Origin: Patescibacteria group bacterium
GTDB taxonomy: Bacteria; Patescibacteriota; Minisyncoccia; Phycocordibacterales; PALSA-1337
DNA: 64,000 nucleotides
Assembly (NCBI GenBank): GCA_038064415.1
Contig: JBBTTD010000003.1
Coordinates: forward strand, 2,597 to 66,596
Direction: 5' to 3'
Shown here: in pieces, positions 59,696 through 64,000 of the stretch
Layout: each line of letters starts with the position of its first letter
Numbering within the stretch: position 1 is the stretch's first letter
Program-made: the position numbers and the translations under genes
The notes under the pieces: model-generated
Told to the model about the DNA's origin: nothing
The model's database searches: none
What the model saw: only the letters and a program-made list of their open reading frames with translations

Positions 59696-60472
59696 ATGAA
59701 AAAGCACCAGCGTATCTGGAGTAGAAAGGTTTTGAAAGTTGTTGAAACCTACGACCGTAATCGAGATCTGTTTCTGTTCGGGGTCACTGGAGACCTCGAT
59801 AATCTCGGGGTCTTTGTCTCACGATACGGACGTCCATTGGCGGAAAATCTTGTAGATATCTACAATCGCCTAATTGGTGCGTTCATGTACGGGTTCATTA
59901 AGAGGCACCCGAAGGCGATTCCGGCTTTTTGCATGATTCCTTCGGGAGAAGAAATCTTTGCTACCGGAGTAGCGACTAACCAGTCGGTCGTGAACGAGTT
60001 TTTCTTACTGTTGGAAGGTGAAGTAAATAACTTCATCAAGGAGAACGCTCCACTCGCGGATGAGGATGTTACCGTATCGTTCGGCTGCAAAATCTTCTCA
60101 GGCGACACAATCGGTTCCGCGACATCACGCCTCGTTGGGTTGGTAAGAAAACGGCGAGTTCAAGAAGCTTCATCGGCATATCTTGAACTTATGCTTGCTA
60201 TGCGTCGCGAGCTTGCCTACAAACTTGACCGAGCAAAGTTTAGCACTCTCAACGCTTCCGACCTTAATCTTGTTATGTTCTTTCGGAACATAGTGTACGC
60301 CAAACTTCAGAACTACAAGAAAGAAACAAAGGAAGCGCTCGTAACGCTTGCTGATCGGCTAAGTCACGATGTCGAACTTCGGGAACGTCTTCAAATCATG
60401 GTGTTAAATTCCGAATACGGCATAGTGGCCGAAGGTGCCAAGTTCATCAACGAACTTCTTGCAGAGAAGTAA
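59696..60472 (+). CDS. Non-canonical GGDEF/nucleotidyl-cyclase (palm) domain protein
   Basis: GDLDNLG..V.RYGR..AE.L, PSGEEIF, VTVSFG and LDRAK occur in GGDEF order. Confidence 0.65.
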   Translation: MKKHQRIWSRKVLKVVETYDRNRDLFLFGVTGDLDNLGVFVSRYGRPLAENLVDIYNRLIGAFMYGFIKRHPKAIPAFCMIPSGEEIFATGVATNQSVVNEFFLLLEGEVNNFIKENAPLADEDVTVSFGCKIFSGDTIGSATSRLVGLVRKRRVQEASSAYLELMLAMRRELAYKLDRAKFSTLNASDLNLVMFFRNIVYAKLQNYKKETKEALVTLADRLSHDVELRERLQIMVLNSEYGIVAEGAKFINELLAEK

Positions 60473-60506
60473 AAAGGCCGAATAGAACGTGTTCTATTCG
60501 GCCTTT
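60473..60506. terminator. Bidirectional terminator
   Basis: AAAGGCCGAATAGAAC/GTTCTATTCGGCCTTT between convergent stop codons. Confidence 0.85.
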
Positions 60507-61575
60507 ATTGTTGGTACGGAGACTCCGCAAGCAGCAATTCGCCGGTTCCGACAACGATGGAAGCGGTAATCCCAATCGGCAAAGTGAGCTTGTACGCACA
60601 ATGGCCGGCAGGAAAACCGTGAAAAAGAGGCAATCCCTCTCCGAGCAGTTCCGAAACTTCCCGAAGAAAGTTTCTCACCTGATCTGGATCTCGTAATTCC
60701 GGATATAGGAGATCTGCCCGGTCTGTTCTCTCGGCGAGCGAGGAAAAGACGACTGCCGCGGCATGGGAAAGATTACAGTGAGCATTGAAATGCTGGAGTA
60801 GTTCGACAATTGTCTCAAAAGACATATCCAGCGAATCAAGCATGACAATCTTATCAGTTACATCAGGTTTCAATCCTTCCTCGCAAAGTCTCACCAGTAC
60901 TGCAAGAGACCCAATCAAGATTTGTCCGGTTACATTCCGGCCCAAACTGGGAGTGTAGTAGAAGTTATCTCTATAGCGGTCATTTGTGATGAGTCTTGGA
61001 TCACGGTAAATGTTGCGAATTGTCACCGGGAGTGTTGGCTTTCGAGGGGCAGCAAAAAAGTGGTATGCTTCATTTTTACTTAAGCCATTCCTTCCGTGCC
61101 AATCCCACTGGAGCATATTCCAAAAGCTCCTCACCGTAAATCTGTTCTCAAGCTTTGATGCCTTTGGGTTCAGGAAGTTGAGATGCGGACCAAAGAACGT
61201 TACTATGCCCGCTCTCTCGGCGATCGTCACCACAAGAGCTGAAAGCTCGCTTGAACCGCAGATGATCTTCGGATGACTAGCCAACACATCGTAATCAATC
61301 AGTAGAAGAACATCGTAGATTCGCGCACCGCCACAAAGAGGCAGTATTGCTTTCACTTGCGGGTCGGTAAACGCCGCCTGTAATGTTTCAGTACACTTCC
61401 GGACATCCTCCCAGCCGCTTTCGATTACCATATCCTTAACAAAGAATCCAAGTTCCTCAAGATATGCTTTGACATATCCGTGTTGGTTTTTGAATCGTTC
61501 CGGAAGTACACCAGCCGGATTGACCAAAGCCACCCCATCTCCAAACTGTAGGGGGCGCGGAATTTTCGAGATCAT
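60505..61575 (-). CDS. Divergent S66 peptidase (LD-carboxypeptidase/MccF family)
   Basis: PLQFGDGVALVNPAG, AFTDPQVKAI...GG, PKIICGSSE.S, TFFGP, PAGH...TLPIG. Confidence 0.82.
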   Translation of the reverse strand: MISKIPRPLQFGDGVALVNPAGVLPERFKNQHGYVKAYLEELGFFVKDMVIESGWEDVRKCTETLQAAFTDPQVKAILPLCGGARIYDVLLLIDYDVLASHPKIICGSSELSALVVTIAERAGIVTFFGPHLNFLNPKASKLENRFTVRSFWNMLQWDWHGRNGLSKNEAYHFFAAPRKPTLPVTIRNIYRDPRLITNDRYRDNFYYTPSLGRNVTGQILIGSLAVLVRLCEEGLKPDVTDKIVMLDSLDMSFETIVELLQHFNAHCNLSHAAAVVFSSLAERTDRADLLYPELRDPDQVRNFLREVSELLGEGLPLFHGFPAGHCAYKLTLPIGITASIVVGTGELLLAESPYQQ

Positions 61576-61594
61576 TTGCCACCTCCTTTTTGGT

Positions 61595-62311
61595 TTAACG
61601 AGATTTGTGAAAGTACAAGGTTACCTGTTTCTTTTTAACATAAGGGGGACGAATTGTAAAGGCCTTTTCTTTAGTTACTGGTATGGAACCCTTTAGTTTT
61701 TCGTCAATGTATATCACTGCACATTTGTCTTCAATGGCAGTAACAATAGTTTTTATCTTGCGAATTTCAAGAGGGAATGGATTCGCGGTTTTATAATGAG
61801 GGATTACGACACCTTTAAGTATGCCAAGTCCTTTTTTGAGGCGAGTTTTTTCATTCTTGTCGCTGTCTATGAGATATTCATACCAGACAACACATCCCGC
61901 GCTTAATCCGGTAAGAATAGTTCCTTGTTGATATGCCGACTGTATGAGAGGAATAATTTTGTGTCTCTCCCATGTCGAAAGCAAAATATCGTAATCACCG
62001 CCACCAACATAAATAATATTGGTACTTGTGATGTTTTTTTTTAATACTTTTGGAGAGATGATTTTTTTACTAAACAAACGCAAAATTTTTACTTGACATC
62101 CCAACTTTTCATATACTTGTCGAAAGGCGGTAGAGTATACTGGTAAATCTTTACTTCCGGTGGGTATAAATAAAACCCTCGGACTTTTTTTGCCACTTTC
62201 TTTAATAATAAATTTATCTATGGAAATTGTTTCGCCCAAGCGCAAAAGACCTCCGCCGATGGGAATAATTTTATGTTCTATATTTGATTTTAGCTTTTTA
62301 TTAGGTTTCAT
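61595..62311 (-). CDS. Peptidase S51 (dipeptidase E family)
   Basis: IGGG, LFIPT, IYVGGG, GLSAG, GLG...PHY. Confidence 0.88.
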   Translation of the reverse strand: MKPNKKLKSNIEHKIIPIGGGLLRLGETISIDKFIIKESGKKSPRVLFIPTGSKDLPVYSTAFRQVYEKLGCQVKILRLFSKKIISPKVLKKNITSTNIIYVGGGDYDILLSTWERHKIIPLIQSAYQQGTILTGLSAGCVVWYEYLIDSDKNEKTRLKKGLGILKGVVIPHYKTANPFPLEIRKIKTIVTAIEDKCAVIYIDEKLKGSIPVTKEKAFTIRPPYVKKKQVTLYFHKSR

Positions 62312-62510
62312 TGTGATGTTATAATATCATCATTAAAGATTCTCGTAAATTCTTGCACTGGGTTAGTGTACAGTTGACAGTAGATTGAAGCTTGAAAACA
62401 ATGAATACTGAAGCCGAATCAATCAGAAACTCATGGCTTGCTGACATCAAACGGCGTACCATCGAGTGTATGACAAATCTAGCGGTGAATAAGTTCACCC
62501 ATTTCTACAC

Positions 62511-62600
62511 TCATTTTACTTTCCCCTCCACCCTCACCTCCGTAATTTTCAAAAAATCCTCTAGAATTCCTGTCAATTTTTCAACCGACGCTTCTGACAT
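62511..62600 (-). pseudogene. Second remnant of a HisKA C-terminus
   Basis: SEASVEKLTGILEDFLKITEVRVE; 62525-62564 is identical to 62711-62750 (40 bp). Confidence 0.7.
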
Positions 62601-62705
62601 GGTACAAAGAAAAGACACTTCAACGTGCTATTAGTTCCAAATACAAACCTGATTTTTCGGCGACTTTTGTATACAAAAAATAATAATAACTATTTTCTTT
62701 ATTTT

Positions 62706-63155
62706 TTATTCCTCCACCCTCACCTCCGTAATTTTCAAAAAATCCTCTAGTATTTCCGTCAATTTTCCGACAGATTTTTCAGATTCTTTCAACACTTTCT
62801 GTAGTTCCTCGCAACCACGCACACGAATCTTTTCTCCACTTTTGTCGTTCTCATCACCACCCACCCCCTTTCGTATCTATTCCAACTGCCACCGCAGGGC
62901 AATCAACGGTGTCCGTAAATCATGCTATGCCGCAGTAATCAACTCATTCTTAGTTTCATCCAACTTCTCCAGTTCACCACGAGCTTTCTTTTCAACCTCG
63001 TAAGCTCGGGTAATCTCTTTGGTTTGTTCCGTAACTTTCATCTCTAAATGCTCATTTAAGTCCTTGACTTCCGCGTACGCATACTCAAGATCTCTAGCTA
63101 ATTGCTCAATATGTTCCCGTTGCTTAATCTCCTTCAATGTGCTGCGAATGAGCAT
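62706..63155 (-). pseudogene. Histidine-kinase (HisKA) remnant with two in-frame TAG stops
   Basis: KLDETKNELITAA*HDLRTPL..LE*..LEDFLKITE; TAG at 62925-62927 and 62877-62879; 5' part missing. Confidence 0.8.
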
Positions 63156-63301
63156 AATCTAGTTATCAACACTTTTACAGGAATGGGTGGGGTTATTCAG
63201 GCTGTTGACAAGCTGTGGAAAAGGTGCAATCATTTCAGCAGACAGAACATTGAGGACAACATATGAGTTCTTTATGAGATCTGTCCAACAAAGGAAAAAT
63301 T

Positions 63302-63388
63302 ATGCCTGAAGGCACATGTGACGGAGATGGACAGGGGCAGACTGTAGTTCGGAAGTGGATTCGAATTCCTCCTCCCCCTCGTCAATAG
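63302..63388 (+). CDS. Putative 28-aa micropeptide
   Basis: MPEGTCDGDGQGQTVVRKWIRIPPPPRQ with AAAGGA RBS. Confidence 0.45.
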   Translation: MPEGTCDGDGQGQTVVRKWIRIPPPPRQ

Positions 63389-63470
63389 TTTACCTCTATG
63401 AGGAAGAACCGCTAGGCAATTGAAACCTATGGCTCGTAACAACCGTATTTGGTAATCCCTAAAGACTCTT

Positions 63471-63563
63471 ATGTTTATCACTGAAAACAGCGGTAATGGT
63501 GGCTCGAACAACACTGGTTCAAGTGGGACTCATGGCAGTAGCACTGGCAACGGTGGCAAATAG
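63471..63563 (+). CDS. Putative 30-aa Gly/Ser/Asn-rich micropeptide
   Basis: MFITENSGNGGSNNTGSSGTHGSSTGNGGK, followed by hairpin 63587-63615. Confidence 0.5.
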   Translation: MFITENSGNGGSNNTGSSGTHGSSTGNGGK

Positions 63564-63622
63564 TGCCAAAGAAGATTGGTTCAAACGGGGATGGTTCATT
63601 TCATGTTCCATCCCCTAATTTT

Positions 63623-64000
63623 ATGATTTATACACACTATAAAAATTCTAAGACAGGTATGCATTGTGTGCAGGCGTGTTTGAAGAATCTCCTGCGTTAT
63701 TTTGATATGCCGGTTCTTTCTTTTAAAGAGCTTGACAAAATTACAGACCATGATCCTAATAAATTTACTTGGATGAGTAAGGCACTTTTATGGCTTGCGT
63801 CAAAAAGACTTCATGTGCTTCATATTGAGAATCTTGATTATGTTATGTTTTCAAAACAAGGAGAAAAATATTTAAAAAACATTTGGGATGCAGAGACTTT
63901 CAAAGTTCAGGATCAATATTCCAATTTGAAGGCAGAACAGAAAGATGCGGCCAAGTTGGTGGCTAGTAAAAATATCACACTTCTCAACAAAAGATTAAAT
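63623..64000 (+). CDS. C39-like (papain-fold) cysteine peptidase, runs off the window
   Basis: Open to the window edge; N...GMHCVQACLK.LL.YF...S..ELDKIT...FTW. Confidence 0.65.
   Translation, partial: MIYTHYKNSKTGMHCVQACLKNLLRYFDMPVLSFKELDKITDHDPNKFTWMSKALLWLASKRLHVLHIENLDYVMFSKQGEKYLKNIWDAETFKVQDQYSNLKAEQKDAAKLVASKNITLLNKRLN

Noticed and set aside
62511-62790. Direct repeat as a DGR template/variable pair
   Set aside because: Differences are not adenine-specific and many are synonymous; no reverse transcriptase is nearby
62706-63155. TAG read-through or genetic-code reassignment suggested by two in-frame TAGs
   Set aside because: TAG is the true stop of intact genes in this window (for example nrdJ, dnaE, the DEAD-box helicase), and the gene is also 5'-truncated, so decay is the simpler explanation
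63325-63385. tmRNA- or tRNA-like sequence (GGGGCAGA...TTCGAATT)
   Set aside because: No complete acceptor stem, CCA end or tag reading frame; the sequence lies inside a plausible micro-ORF
217-63514. Numerous short antisense or nested ORFs in the ORF track, and the upstream-extended starts (for example 14200, 15409, 39952, 57588)
   Set aside because: They shadow well-supported genes, and the extensions run through promoter elements or neighbouring genes

Overview
Bacterial chromosomal DNA in genetic code 11, almost certainly from a Patescibacteria/CPR (Parcubacteria-type) genome. This is inferred from the short archaeal-like AspRS, N-terminally truncated IF2, compact RNase P RNA and many Thr/Ser-rich secreted proteins. 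Housekeeping genes are aspS, nrdJ, murJ, lepA, gpmI, dnaE, rnhB, rbfA, infB, rnpB and tRNA-Gly/Leu/Cys. Accessory content includes a cohesin/dockerin surface-protein cluster (1-8 kb), a HEPN/MNT toxin-antitoxin pair, a Tsp45I-like R-M pair and an SGNH plus S74-chaperone surface protein. Three signals stand out. (1) A 180-195 bp intergenic element occurs three times (9.3, 38.1 and 47.9 kb) with an invariant core, compensatory base changes in its stems and copy-specific long outer inverted repeats. (2) An islet at 58.6-62.3 kb carries an Erm-like methylase, a non-canonical GGDEF/Cas10-like palm protein and a pepE/MccF-like peptidase operon. (3) A promoter- and terminator-bounded train of micro-ORFs lies directly upstream of a C39-like cysteine peptidase. 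No CRISPR array, rRNA, intact transposase or prophage was seen. All family assignments come from motif recognition by eye, not database searches.
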